Origin: Octopus vulgaris
Lineage: Eukaryota
DNA: 64,000 nt
Assembly: GCA_951406725.2 (NCBI GenBank)
Contig: OX597814.1
Location: 104,346,001 to 104,410,000, forward strand
Direction of reading: 5' to 3'
Shown here: positions 44,301 to 59,278 of the stretch, piece after piece
Layout of the letters: each line of letters starts with the position of its first letter
How positions within the stretch are numbered: the first letter of the stretch is position 1
Program-made: the position numbers and the translations under genes
The notes under the pieces: model-generated
Database searches by the model: none
Told to the model about the DNA's origin: nothing
What the model saw: only the letters and a program-made list of their open reading frames with translations

Positions 44301-44322
44301 TATATATGTATATATATGTGTT

Positions 44323-44392
<70 letters not shown>

Positions 44393-44399
44393 ACACAAA

Positions 44400-44678
44400 C
44401 GTAATATAATCAACAAGAGTCGTCGCTCCACATACTTACGGTACAGACGTTTTTCTTATTTTATAAGAATGCCATATATATGGCGATAATATTATTTTCG
44501 AACGCTGCCGCTGTTCTCTTTAGAGACTAGTATTTTAATATTTCTATTATTGAAAACAAGTGGATGATTCCACCGAAACTGAATAAAACCATCGAACAGA
44601 GATTGTCGGAAGCGAACTACTGCTGGCTACGCTGCATTCTGTTTGTGTGTGTGTATATATCAAATTAACAAGCGATGG

Positions 44679-44716
<38 letters not shown>

Positions 44717-44784
44717 ACTTAGTTATTTTAATATTTCTATTATATATATATATATATATATATGTCTGTTTGTGTGTGTGTATA

Positions 44785-44824
<40 letters not shown>

Positions 44825-45550
44825 CAAACATTTGTCATATACTATATTTATGTTTGTGTATTAGTTGGTCGTCGTTTATCAGAATAATATCTCTGATTTA
44901 TCAGTCAGCCAAAATATTTACGATCCAGACGCTGTGACTAATATTTTCCTTCTTTCTCTACCCACCTCTCTCTCTCTCTCTCTTTTCTTTATCTTCTCTT
45001 TCTCACCTTGGCATCTCTCCGATCACCGTCTCGTCTTTACAACCGTTACATTTCATGAAGACACCCATAGACTCCCCCCCCGCCGCACACCACCACAGCC
45101 GCCAGCGCCAGCGCCACCACCATCCCCATAGATCTCATTCAACATGGCCGCTCGTTATTTCACCTGCTCTCTTCTCTGCCAGCTTCTTTTCTCCATGTCT
45201 GCACATTTACGTCAACAATCTTTGAAAGTTTCCATCACCTTGGCCGCTTTGCTTCGATGTTCAATTCAATTCCCAATAAATGTTGCACAACACTGCACAA
45301 CACTGCACATTACAAAATATGGCGGTGAGTCACCATTGAATCGCCTGATATTTGCAGACGAGGCAAGTCTGTTGATCCTGCAGTATCTTTCGCACCTCCA
45401 AATCAAATGAGTTCACCGCTCCCATGAGCTTTTCAATCAGTAACGGCTTTACCCATACAACAACTAAATAAGCCAACAGACTCCATTAAGAAGTGTTCAT
45501 TGCCGCTGTCAGCTCATAATGCATGACGGACTTTTAAGACGCTTCGTATT
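44400..45550. promoter_or_regulatory. Candidate promoter / first-exon region
   Basis: Mostly non-TE, locally CpG/GC-rich (ccccccccgccgc, gccgccagcgccagcgcc); aacatggcc and aatatggcgg motifs; minus-strand donor GTAAGT at 44439-44434; plus-strand ATGGCG|GTGAGT at 45319-45330. Confidence 0.3.
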
Positions 45551-45868
45551 TGACAAAAAAGAAAGGAAACCACTTTAAAAGCCTGATAAGAGGTGCTGTA
45601 TATAAGTATTTGTGTGTGTGTGTCTGTGTGTATTTACATACATAATATTATATATAAATAACACACACACACACACACAAACACACATATATGGATATAT
45701 ATATGTCTAAGCATATGTATTTGTATATACATATGTATATAACATTGAAGTTATCAAATGCTTATTGATGGAAGATGATAGATCGTGCATTTATATATAC
45801 ACTAAGTGACTCACATATGTATCATGGTGTCTACTTACCTGTCTGTCTGCCTGCCTATCTACATATGT

Positions 45869-45926
<58 letters not shown>

Positions 45927-46559
45927 GTCTATACACCTACAGAAATATACACACAACCCTTCTCTCACCCACTGGATATTTATAACGAGGGACAAATTGA
46001 TAGATAGATAGAGGGAGAGAGAGAGAGAGAGAAAAGCAAAGGGAGGGAGAGGCAGAGAGAGAGAGAGAGTAAAGTGAGAGAGAAAGAGGAAGACGGGTGT
46101 TGATTAGAAATACACACGTATAATATGAATGCAGCCAGGCTTGTCTATACGGGTATATTCATGGCTGCGTAAGCACACACACACACACACACACACACAT
46201 GCACACACAGAGCTTACGTAAAAGAATATCAGTGTATCGGTTATGTCTTTAGAATTTCTTTCGTTTCCTTTCCCATCATTTATGAGTTTATGCATGTGTA
46301 AAGATTTGTAATTGGAACAGAAGACTTCGTAGGGGTTGGGTTGTGACAAGCCGTGTCTAAGCAGAGCAGCAGGTAGTGTTCTATGTATAAGGGTGGCGAT
46401 GGAAGCGAATAGCAATGCGATGTGGTGGAGGGTATCAGGCAGATATTGCAACAATAAACAACTAAATATGATACGAGATAAACATAATCCAGTTAAAAGT
46501 GACGGAATGGCGTTCTCTCCTTATTTGTTTTTTTATGTACAGTTTACACCTTATATTAG

Positions 46560-46790
46560 TCATATTGTTAACCTCAACCCTCAGCCTCCTTGAAGCAGAC
46601 TTATGACTAAAAGCAGTCTAGGCGTGACCAATCTGTCTCATTTTACTATGATAATATATTTAGATTTGCATTATCGTATGAATATTCCCTTCCATAATGT
46701 TAAAAAAAACTGGTGCGGTGTGATTTGAGAAAGATTTGGCTGTTAATTTTACCCGGTCGAGTGACCACAGAAAGGCTATCCCGTTGGTGT
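46560..46790 (+). repeat. Old unclassified interspersed repeat (related pieces near 12.7-13.0, 23.2, 38.75 and 48.0-48.15 kb)
   Basis: Recurring gcagacttatga, gtgacca and agatttggc...tttctagc-like motifs. Confidence 0.45.
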
Positions 46791-46973
46791 GTATTACACA
46801 TTATAGATAATCATGGTGGCGCTGTTGGTGGTAAATTCCGTAGAGTGGCGAGATGAATGAGTCATCTCTGTGATATGGGTTCGATTTAAGGCTGTCATCA
46901 TTTCACGGATATCACGAGGATCTTTGAGAAAGGCACGGATTTAAACTGTTTCTTATTTCTGGTTCCCTCTTAA

Positions 46974-47362
46974 TCTCTCTCTATATAAAGCTGAAGTTGT
47001 CTGTGTATGGCAGGTTTGGTAACCTTCAACTTACACTATCTCCTCCGAGACCCTGCGGTGCATGTTGACCAAAATTGAGAGTATGGTAGAAGGCTTGCTC
47101 TCCCTTCCGTAGAAGAAAAAATTCAAATCGGACCATGTTAACACCAAAAATTATTTACATCAAAAAGGTGCTTTTTTTCTATGAAAATCCCTATTTTTTA
47201 CGATTTTTTGATTGCTGTGTCGCCATTTTTCGGTGTATTTCAACCAGAAAAATGTTCACTTAAAGAGAATAAAAAGCTACATAATGCAAAATTTTTACTT
47301 TTCAAAAATTCCAATTCTAAAGGGTCGAAACAAACCCGAGCAACGCCGGGCGATACTGCTAG
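46974..47362 (+). mobile_element. Non-autonomous Helitron, family A
   Basis: A|TC ... cccgagcaacgccgggcgatactgCTAG|T. Confidence 0.9.
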
Positions 47363-47579
47363 TATCAAAAAATGTTTGGTGTTCTGTAATTAATGAACAT
47401 TGAAGTGGAATGACTTTCGAATATGTTCAAATACTCGCATAGATTCAGTGCTGTATATTTAGACGAGGTAGATCTGTTTCTGTGAACATTTATTAAAGGA
47501 GGCTCATAAACATATGACTAATACAGCCATTGAACTCACACCTCACCAGATGTCAGCCGTTTAGCATGCCTAAGGCATA

Positions 47580-47803
47580 TAGTCTTTCGTTACCAACCCG
47601 GCTGAAACTGGCTGTGGCTCTGAGTACAAATGTCTTGTTTTCATAAGTTTTGAATTAATATCTTCCACCAAACCTTAGTCACAGTCTATGTTCCTAACAC
47701 TAGCTGAAAGATAACTAAGTTATTTTACTAAATTCTTTGTTATATTTTAAGTAATTGAAGGAAACAGAGCATCTCAAAATGAATACAGTAACGAAAGGGT
47801 TAA
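47580..47803. mobile_element. piggyBac-type MITE
   Basis: Right end gtaacgaaagggTTAA, left end ctttcgttac (degenerate). Confidence 0.65.
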
Positions 47804-48540
47804 ACAAAATACTAACTTCTACTTTATCCGCCATTGTGTCTCCTATCTATAAACCCGTGTTGGTGTTATATGTTTCAGCTTCCATGAACCGGGAAGGGGG
47901 TCTTGTGGGTTCAAACCACGTCTAAAACATTGCTACACCTTACTGGTCAACTTACTGAACTAGAGAAATGAGAAAGTCTACACGTTGACGCTCCACCTGC
48001 TAAATATAGCAGTCAAATCCCGTCCAGCCCTACCAAACCGTCTTAATAAAGGCACACGTGAGCCGCTGTAGATCTGCATATATCGAGGAAGATGGAATGG
48101 TCACAGATGGAATTCGTTTGATCATAGAACTCTTGAATTAGTGCTGATCTGCAAGTTAAACAACCGTAGGAAGAGTAGCAGCTTATTGAACTCTACATGC
48201 CTCGATCGATCGACACTAATTGGTATGATCGATTGAGATTACACAGAAAGACTTTTGACTTTAATTAGCCCAATAGGTTGATACTAATTACCAAGACCAG
48301 TTGAAACTAGTTTGCAAGACAAGTTGCTACTAGTTAGAAACAGCAGCTCAGTCGAGAAACATCTTGCTCGCGGAACACGCACCGCTGAGGATTTCTACAG
48401 GTTTTAAGAGTGAAAAGAGAAATTTAGGATGATAATAATGGCAATGTTTACATAAAGGGAGCATCATTCATTGAGCTAAACTTTGTATATAATATTACAG
48501 TTATTTCTATATATTACTGTTTCTGTTGTTGTTGTTGTTG

Positions 48541-48614
<74 letters not shown>

Positions 48615-49231
48615 TAATCCTAGGTAATCTCTGATCAAGCAGTAAAAATTAAAATAGAATTAGGGCAAAAATATTGACATCATCCTTTTATATAAATAAT
48701 TCCGGGTCATTCATCCTGCACACTGCAAAAAGATCTAACAAAATTATGCAATTATGTTAGAGGCTTGCTAAATAGAAAAAAACCGTAGTGTATGTTGAAG
48801 ATAATAGAATAAAATTATTTTAAAACTGGCCAGAATTGCAAACGGATTAAAATCTGAAGGGATAACGTCAGTGAAAATGGAAGTGGATTGTTAGCAATTC
48901 AAATCCAAAGAGAATAACAATTTAGAAAGTTCAGGAAAGCAAACTGACCTACGAATTAACTAATCATAAAAACAACAATTTAGAGATGTTGCGTAATTAA
49001 GGAAAATGTAAGAGAATAACAGAATAACAGAAGTTAGTAGTGCCAGAGCAGTGTCAACAGACATGAACAGAATAACAATTTCTTGGTGGTGGTGGTGGTG
49101 GTGGTGGGGGGTGGAAGACCCTGGGGATAATAATGAATCAAACAGTAGAAACTGATGAATTGAGAAATATAATGCGACAATAATATAAATACACGGCGTA
49201 GTGAGCTGTCACTTCCGCTTCTTCGCTGTAC

Positions 49232-50237
<1,006 letters not shown>

Positions 50238-50263
50238 TACTATATTTTATTATTATATGCACG

Positions 50264-50302
<39 letters not shown>

Positions 50303-50844
50303 GCGCGCGCTCGCGCTCACACACATATATGAACTCTAGATATTAATATTATTTCTCAAGTAGACCCTCAAATAGACCCGCAATACGTTCCTCAGATTCC
50401 AGATTTTACTCACAGCAGAGTAACTGAGATCTTTGAAATGATTATTTTCTTTGCTTCTTACTAAACCGCCAAACATTTTTCGTATGTTCTATAAGTACGG
50501 TTTTCCTCTCCACCGATAAAAGTATTTAATTCTTGCTCGGAAAAGAGATTTTAGATGAAATACGTGATGGAATTAAGAAAAAGTTTGGTGAGGGATGTGC
50601 TCCGGCATGACTGAAATCCCGAAGGCAAGCAGTATGTAACCACGACACCCCTATGACTCTATCATGGACTTAACGACTCATGGCATGACATATAAATACA
50701 AACATAAAAGCGCACAGGCAAGTCTTCTTGTAACCACGTCGGTTCGCATTCTGGCCCACTGCGCAGCACCTTGGGACAAGTACCCTATTCAATAAGCTCG
50801 GGTAGACGAATGGCTTGTGAGTGATTTTGGTAGAAGGAAACCCG

Positions 50845-50886
<42 letters not shown>

Positions 50887-51104
50887 TTCATATAAAATTA
50901 GTGTACATTTATACACAAAAGAGGTGATTCTTACAGGACACCATACATGATAAAAGAAGCAGTCAAAGCCCAAACTTTTGAAGGAAGTCGACAAATATAT
51001 TTTTATTTGCTGCCGACTGTAACTGCGCTTGCGCGGTGGATTTGAAAAATTATAATGTATAAAGATGAGACATCTGCTGTATATTTGTCTCATAATTATA
51101 CGTT

Positions 51105-51180
51105 AATTATTCTGATGAAGAACACGGATAGCAAATTATCTTACTTGTTCATTAATGTTCGAAACCTAGGTACAAGTGGT
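51105..51180 (+). ncRNA. Candidate hammerhead ribozyme motif, second type
   Basis: CTGATGA(+A), stem II gaaca/tgttc with long loop, GAAA, palindromic acctaggt stem III; stem I weak. Confidence 0.4.
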
Positions 51181-51417
51181 AACTGTCGAAAATGTTTTTA
51201 TTTTTCATCCCCTTCGAAATTACTCTTAACCGTGGATTGGGCTTTGACTGCTTCTTTTAGCATGTAAGATGTCCTGTTAGGGTAACCTCTTTTGTGTATA
51301 AATGTATAATAATTTTATATGAAAAAATATGTTGTCTATTGACTATTTTATGTATGCTGGGCCCTGGTAGAAAATTTCTCAAATTTTTCTACCCTATATA
51401 TATTTTCTTAATATATA

Positions 51418-52681
51418 TTGAGTTGGCAACTAAGTTCCCACCGTTTTTTAAAATTTAATTTTTTTAAAAGGTTTAATAAAAGATAACTAATTAATCAATA
51501 ATGTATTCACCCTTGTTGTTTACAACTTCTCCCCAATGTTCAACAAGATTTTCAATAACTCGTTAGAAATCACCCAATTTCGACTCGAAAAATTGATCCA
51601 AACAAGCTCCCAATTCTACATCAGTATTGAACGAAATTCCGCGCGTAGCATTTAAAAGAGATCGAAAGAGGTGGAAATCCGTTGGTGCCAAATCAGGAGA
51701 GTACGGCGTGTGTGGCAGCACTTCCCAGCTATGCGTTTGAAAGGCTTCCTTGGTCATATTGGCGATACGAGCGCGGGCTTTGTCGTGCAGCAGAAGAACT
51801 CCATGCTGACGATTAGGTCTTTTCTCTTGAATAGCCGTGTTGAGTCGTTCCATCTGTTGAACATAAAGTTCTGCGTTGGCCGCTTGGTTCCGTTGAAGCA
51901 ATTCGTAATGGATAACCCCTTTCCAGTCCCACCATACGCACAACATCGTTTTACGCGGATGAAGATCTTGTTTCACTGCGGTGTCGCTTGTTTACCGGGG
52001 CTAAGCCATTCCTTACGCTGCTTCATATTGATGTACAGACACCATTTTTCGTCGCCAGTAACGATTCAGTAAAGAACTCGTTGCTTGTGTCCATGAGTTG
52101 AGCGGTGACGAGCAAGCAAACCAGCGGAGATTTTTGTTGTTGTCACTTAAAGTATGCGGAACCCATGCTCCATACTTCTGTACATTTCCCATCGAGTGAA
52201 GATGCTTCTCTATAGCAGTGTGGGAGTATTCCATTTTCTATGCCAGTTCCCTTATCGTTTGACGATAATTTTCGTGCAAAAGTTGGTTTAATCGCTCTTC
52301 ATCGAACTCAACTAGACGGACAGAACGAGTTACGTGTTTGAGGTCAAAATTTCCATTTTTGAACATGGGATACCAATCACGAGCGGTTCTTTCAGCTATA
52401 GCACCATCTCCATACACAGCACAAATATCGCGAGCAGCTTTTGCGGCCTTAGAACCTTGATTAAAAGCAAAAAGGTGTCGAAAATGCTCGTTTTTCTTAA
52501 CTTGACATTCCATTTTAATGATCTGAAAATAAACAAAAATTAACTAAAATTAACTAGAAAAAAAAAAACGATTCCAAAATGATTCAAAAATAGAATTCTC
52601 GAGAAAAATAGATTCCAAAACTTAAAAACGGTATAAATTCCAAAATTAAAAAAAATAACGGCGGGAACTTAGCTGCCAACT

Positions 52682-52684
<3 letters not shown>
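51418..52684 (-). mobile_element. Full-length mariner element with inactivated transposase
   Basis: TIRs ttgagttggcaactaagttcccaccg / cggcgggaacttagctgccaactcaa with TA flanks; MECQVKKNEHFRH, WVPHTL, TGDEKW, LLHDKAR, PYSPDLAPTDFHLF; internal stop and frameshifts. Confidence 0.95.
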
Positions 52685-52763
<79 letters not shown>

Positions 52764-53119
52764 CTCTGAGTGTGTGTGTTTGTATGTATCTATTTGTGTT
52801 TCAATTTTGGCACGTATATGTGTGTTTTTGTTTCTCGCCACTACTTGAGATGTGGTGTTGGTTTGTTTACGTCTCCGTAACTTAACGGTTTTGCTGAAAG
52901 TGACGATAGAATAAATACCAGATATACGAACTGCATTCCAGAAGTTTTGAGACGTTTTTAGGCGAAGCGATTATAACTGTTCTAGATTGTTGTCATCTTA
53001 GTATATCAATATTATACTTCTAATAAGCTGACCTGCCACCTTTAGTTATTCCCGATTGAAGGAGACAGCTGACATGCTTGTCACAGCTGACTAGTTTGCA
53101 GAATGCAGTCGGGACGTGA

Positions 53120-53646
53120 AGACAATTGATGGAGCTGCTGCTAGTATGGTTTATAGTTTTCCCTCTTTTCACAACCATATAGCAACATTTATCCTGACCA
53201 AACTTCAACTTCTAAGACCTTTGAGAATGTAGTAACCAGGTCAAAGATCATTTTCATCTCATGCATATTCTTTGCATATAGTTTCAAGTCATTCACAAAG
53301 AAACTGTGTAAATTTTGGTATTTCTATTTCCTTGTGAACCAGTGAGATATCCTTCAGATTTCCTTAACATGAATGACAAGGAGTTTACAGAAAGTATAAA
53401 CATCTTGGAGAGGCTGTCCCCTTGGAATATTCCTCTGCGATACTGTATTTTCGATAATACAATCACTCCTTGTATTTAATTTAAAGATTGTGGCCACGAT
53501 GAAGTCAGGTCAGCTACGGTTTTGACTATGCTCACCGGAACTCGAAGGGATTCTAGTATCCATGAGTGGGAGTCAAAGGCTTTCTTGTAGTCTAGCCACA
53601 TTGAAACTAGGTTCCTTCTATACTCCTGCACCTCTGACATGAGTTT
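53120..53646 (-). mobile_element. RT-domain fragment of an R4/Dong-like LINE
   Basis: WLDYKKAFDS, RGIFQGDSLS, FFVNDLKLYA (degenerate catalytic motif), KFGQDKC. Confidence 0.9.
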
Positions 53647-53874
53647 GTATGTATGTATGTATGTATGTATGTATGTATGTATGTATGTATGTATGTATGT
53701 ATGTATGTATGTATGTATGTGTGTGTTTGTATGTATGTATGTATGTCATTACTCATTTTGTTTCAAGATTTACCAATAGATTTACCAAGCTTTCCACCCT
53801 GGCCTTATGCATGTATACATTGATAATACTTCAATATCCGTTTGTTTATGTATATACATACACACATGCATCAT

Positions 53875-54912
53875 AAGACTTGAAGGGCAGCTCTTTAAAC
53901 AACATTCTTTGATAATCTAGAATACATGCCCAAAGAAGTCGCACGACCCTACCGCAACGTATCATCAGATGAAAGGATGAGCCTATATGAGCAGAAGACT
54001 ATGCATGGATATGTTAGTAGAGAGCTCCGAGATGATAGGAACATCGATCATCAAAGCAGTTTATCATGGACCAACAACCGGATTACTACTGCCCACTTTG
54101 AAGGGTATGCATTTGCAATCCAGGAACAAGAAATATCAACCAAATATTTTATGCACAAAAGGGACATAGATGCAGGAAAAGCAGTACGATGTGACGACCA
54201 ATACAGATTTTGTGGAGTTCACACTGAAGATATCACCCACATCATAAGCAGTTGCTCGAAAATGTCATCACGGTATTATCTACCGATGAGACATGATGTT
54301 GTATCTAGAGCACTGTATAATGAAATCCGTCGGAAGGATAATCCCGAAGACAAAGAAATAAGAATCCATAATATGGTAGAAGCCATCGCCACTCACAATA
54401 AAAAGTAATAATGATGGAATGTCTCAGTGAAAACCTCAATAAAATGTAAACACAACATACCTGATATAACGATTTAGGACAGACAAGAGAAACTGTTTAC
54501 AGTTGTGGAAATTAGCTGTCCAGCGGATGCTAACATAAAGCTGAAGATCAGTGAAAAAGAAAATAGCTACGCTAAACTACTGAAAAATCCGCAGTTACAC
54601 AATTCAGCTTACAAGTTCAGGTTTATATCTGTAATTATTGGGGACCTGGGATATGTAACACATTGCCTAAATACCAATCTTGAGAAATTAGGCTTCTCAA
54701 AACCAGAGAGAAGAAAGCTGATTCGAAGACTACAGATCCAATCCATCACTGGAACTGTAAAAATCTGTAAAACTTTCCAGAAGTTTATCATTTAAATATA
54801 TATGAGCATGTCTAGGTATGTAGCTATAGATACAAACAAACCCTGTTGTTGATGTTGAAATTCCAATGAAGGAACCTTGGATCTAGGTTAGAAACCAGTT
54901 CTTTCTCTATTG
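53875..54912 (+). mobile_element. REL-type LINE 3' portion (CCHC knuckle, REL, 3' UTR)
   Basis: EGYAFAIQEQEI, YRFCGVHTEDITHIISSC...RHD, HNIPDI, VEISCP, IQSITGTVKICKTF. Confidence 0.9.
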
Positions 54913-54992
54913 TGTCTTGTCCTGCTCTGCTTTCAGTATATCTTTTATCGTGGCAAAAGCTTTCCACCCTGGCCTTATGCATGTATATATTG

Positions 54993-55132
<140 letters not shown>

Positions 55133-55439
55133 TTATGCATGTATTTATATGGAGAGAGGAAGAGAGAGAAAGCACGAGAAAGACTTGGTGTGTGTGCGCG
55201 TGTATGAGTATGTTCCCGTTTTAAGGTAAATAGGGTAAGCCTTTATGGTTGTAACTTAATCTCCTCAGGACCCGGATGTAGAGTTCCTTATCAAAACTAT
55301 TAAAGCATAAATATTATAAAATTACTGAAGGCCATACCCAGGGGGACCAGCTGCGCAAAAAGCATACAGCTAAGTTCGTGCTAAAATATTTAATGTAGTG
55401 AGAAAAAATTTAATTAGTTATAAATAGAAATTAACTATA

Positions 55440-55985
55440 AATACACATAGCAATGAAATCGAGGAGGCAAGGAGTGCGTCTGCTGGGAGCACACAGCGAA
55501 TATGTATCGAGACATGAATGCTGAAATGCTGAGGAGAATAAGGCCAGGGTGGAAAGCTTTTGCCACGATAATAGATGTGCTGAAAGCAGAGCAGAACAAG
55601 ACCCTAAGCCTACTCTCTTCAACAGCACAGTCGCTTCTGTGTTCTTATAGGCAAGTGAGACGTGGGCTACGATGCGAATGGCTGTGGAAATAGTCATGTT
55701 TGGAATATCCACGCAAGAGCATATACGAAATAAGATAAGTTGAGGATGGAGCGGAGCGAAAGATGGGATTTGCAGAATAGCGAAAGCACGGGTTTCGTTG
55801 GGTCGGACATGTCGCAATTCAAAGACAGGTGGACCCATGTAGTTGTAGAGTGGTAGCCAAAAGATCGGAAAAGGAATCACAGACGACCTCCAAGTTAACC
55901 GAAGACGATTTAGTCTAATGATTTGGGCCAAAATCGAAAAGTGGGGCACAATCATGAAGTAGCTGGCGGCCCGTTGTGACCAGCG
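55440..55985 (+). mobile_element. RTE-clade LINE ORF 3' fragment
   Basis: [19 protein letters not shown]...ASETWA, WVGHVA, WTHVVVEW*PKDRKR..RRPP. Confidence 0.75.
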
Positions 55986-56296
55986 GTTTAAAATAACATC
56001 TACTTGATACTAGATACATACATACATACATACATACACGCACACGTATATATATATACATACACACACACACATATATATACATACACACACATATATA
56101 TATATATACAAATATACAGATATATATATGTATACATACATATATGTATATATATACACACACATATGTATATATATATATATAAATTTGTTAAAAAGGA
56201 AAACAAACCTCAAGTCAAGACTTCTCAAGTCATATATGTTATTATTATTAAAAATAATTACATATATGACTTGAGAAGTCTTGACTTGAGGTTTGT

Positions 56297-56502
56297 ATGT
56301 GACCTCGTGTGTACCGTTGGCGATTATTTTTCTTCTCTCTTCCCTTCTCTGGATCTTTCCTTCTCCTATGTTTCCGACGAAGAGCTCCGCTCGAAACGTT
56401 AAACCCTCCTTCTTTCCTTCTTTCCTGAGCGTCCAATAAGACTATATTTGTTCCACGTCCTCGCGTTGTTGTGTTTTTTGTGCTTTCTTGTTTGGATTAA
56501 CT
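56297..56502 (+). mobile_element. Short hammerhead-bearing repeat with rearranged flanks
   Basis: gttt-ccgacga-a-gagc-tcc-gctc-gaaa-cgtt-aaac at 56370-56404. Confidence 0.8.
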
Positions 56503-56582
56503 TTAATAATAACATATATGACTTGAGAAGTCTTGACTTGAGGTTTGTTTTCCTTTTTAACAAATTTATATATATATACATA

Positions 56583-56692
<110 letters not shown>

Positions 56693-56985
56693 AGTGTGTA
56701 TGTATATTTTAGAATTTTAAAGTATTGCAACTACTTCTGAGATATCCCCAAAACATGTGGAATATACCCTTAATCGGAGACAGATGGTGAGATATTGAGA
56801 GGGTATAGATTATGGAAACGATGGAGAGATGTAGAAAAAATAGAGAAAAAGGAAACTATATATAAAATTTCACAGTTTAAGTTTCCAATAGATCAGGTGT
56901 TAATCCATGAGCCTTTAGGTACAATCCAATGTGGATCCAGGTAAGATAATATTCCTAATATTGTAGATGTCCAGGAAGAATACTT

Positions 56986-57023
<38 letters not shown>

Positions 57024-57049
57024 TTATAAAAAGACAAATAAATTAGAAA

Positions 57050-57435
57050 TAAGCCACAATCCTTTACAATCTATGATCCCAGTAAATTTCATGCCTTCTT
57101 GGAAGTGTAGTATATTCTTAGCTACAATAGCAACAACATATATTTCTTCCATCTTCTTGCTCTGTTAAAGCATTTCAGTAAACTTATATTAATGTGTCCG
57201 ACTGATTAAAATTCTATTTATTTGTGCAGCTGAAAATAGCACTACATTTAAAGTGATGTAATGATTGCACTGTTCAATTAAATGGAGCTGCTTGAAACGG
57301 TTGTACTGCATCACTTCTTGATATCCTGTTGCTTATTTTGATTTTATTCACCTTACTTCGAGCTGTGCGGATAATAACGGACTGATTTGGTGCTTCAAAT
57401 TAAGTACCTAATTCAACTGGTTTCTCAATTACTTA
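57050..57435 (+). repeat. Unclassified interspersed repeat, relative of 2045-2550
   Basis: Shared blocks listed for 2045-2550; ends at a TA-rich tract. Confidence 0.7.
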
Positions 57436-58304
57436 TATATAATTACTTATATATATATATATATAGTTAATCCAAACAAGAAAGCACAAAAAAACACAAC
57501 AACGCGAGGACGTGGAACAGATATAGTATTATTGGACGCTATATATATATATATACATATATATATACATATATATATATATATCCATATTATACATACA
57601 CACATTAGTCCAAGCGAATTAGGTTCGTAAATAGTAAGGTACCAAGGTAAAATCGCCATCGCATACAAAACAAAATTAGATGAACATATACGTACATACT
57701 GAAGTAAAGATGGATTTATATTCCATCTGCATGTGCGATCACAGTCGTCCGATTGAATATACTACAAGTCTCAAGACAGCACCTAGGTACTAGCACTGCA
57801 TTTAATAGACTCCAGATTCACCCCAGTTGCAGATTCCAAGTAAGGCCAATAATAAACAAATAACAACAGATGGATAGTGTTTCACTCACTACAGCTGTTT
57901 CAAGCGTGTTTTTATTGATGAATATAGTTATTACATAATGTAAAAAATAACCCGTTTTCATCAGGTGAATATATTCACGAATTAAACATGTTAAAAACAT
58001 TCCGAGAGTAGAAAAACTGCCAACAACTGATGAAGGGTCGTTCTTTATGTTGTTTGTCTTGTTTTCCATTTGTGTCTTTCATTGTTCGAAAAATAGTTCC
58101 TATTCCATGTACTCGTACTTCGTATATTTTGTTGTACATGTTTGGTGACGCCCTGTGCCCGTGCACATATATATACGTATAGATGTATGTGCATATATGT
58201 ATGTATATATGCATATATGCATATATGTGTGCGAGTATGGTTATACAGGCGAATATATATATGTATATATATGTATATACACGCACACACACACACACAC
58301 ATAC

Positions 58305-58337
<33 letters not shown>

Positions 58338-59192
58338 CCTGTTGTGAAGAGAAACAGATATCACCTTAATAATTAACTGGAGGTCATGAAAATACGCGGG
58401 GAGATACGGATTAAACTAATTAATTATCAATATATTGGTGGCTAACCGCACCGTTTCATCAGACAATATCCAGTCACTGATTGGCATGATTAAAACTAAC
58501 TTTGATCATTGATCTTGCCGATAAATAGGCTGGATATTTTCTCATGAAATGGCGCTTTTAGGCAATAATATAAAATTGTGTAATATCACGTGACGTTATG
58601 CATTGTTGATATAAACAATTACGCTGCTGAAACTCGTGTAGCCATGTTTTGAGCTGTTCTTTGTTGTTGCTTTATATAAAAGGATATTTATCAGCATGAA
58701 AGAGTACGTTCGATCCAGATCATAAAATTTGAACTCTAAAGGTACTAAAATCGGTTGATACAACAACAATGGAAATAGTGCATGCCAGAGAAAAAGAAAC
58801 ACAGACAGACAGACAGACAGACAGATAGATAGATAAATAGATAGATAGATAAATAGATATTATGAAAGCAAAGTAATCAAAAGGGAGTTTCTGTTTCGGA
58901 TGCTAGTCTTTCTTCAGAAGGAAAGAAAAGAAAAAAATGCAAAGGGTGAGTGAAAGAAGAAAAGTAGTTTGAAGAAGAAAACGTGCGATGGTTAAGACCT
59001 GGAAGAAATGTTGTTCCAGTGGGAGCTGGAAAAAAGGGAAGGAGGGGTATTTGTGGACGTAGAGGAGTGTAGACGTGTACTGAGATACGCATGTGTTGAG
59101 AGAGGTGCGTGTATGTGATAGAATGTTACTCGAGGAAGATTTTGCTTGCTATTTGGAAATTACATCTCAGATTAAATCTCTGATTTCTTCCT

Positions 59193-59278
<86 letters not shown>

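Noticed and set aside
54852-54905. Hammerhead-like layout in the REL-LINE 3' UTR (ccaatga-agg-aacct/aggtt-a-gaaa-ccagt)
   Set aside because: Two mismatches in the CUGANGA core and an imperfect stem III; a single copy cannot support it without a family consensus
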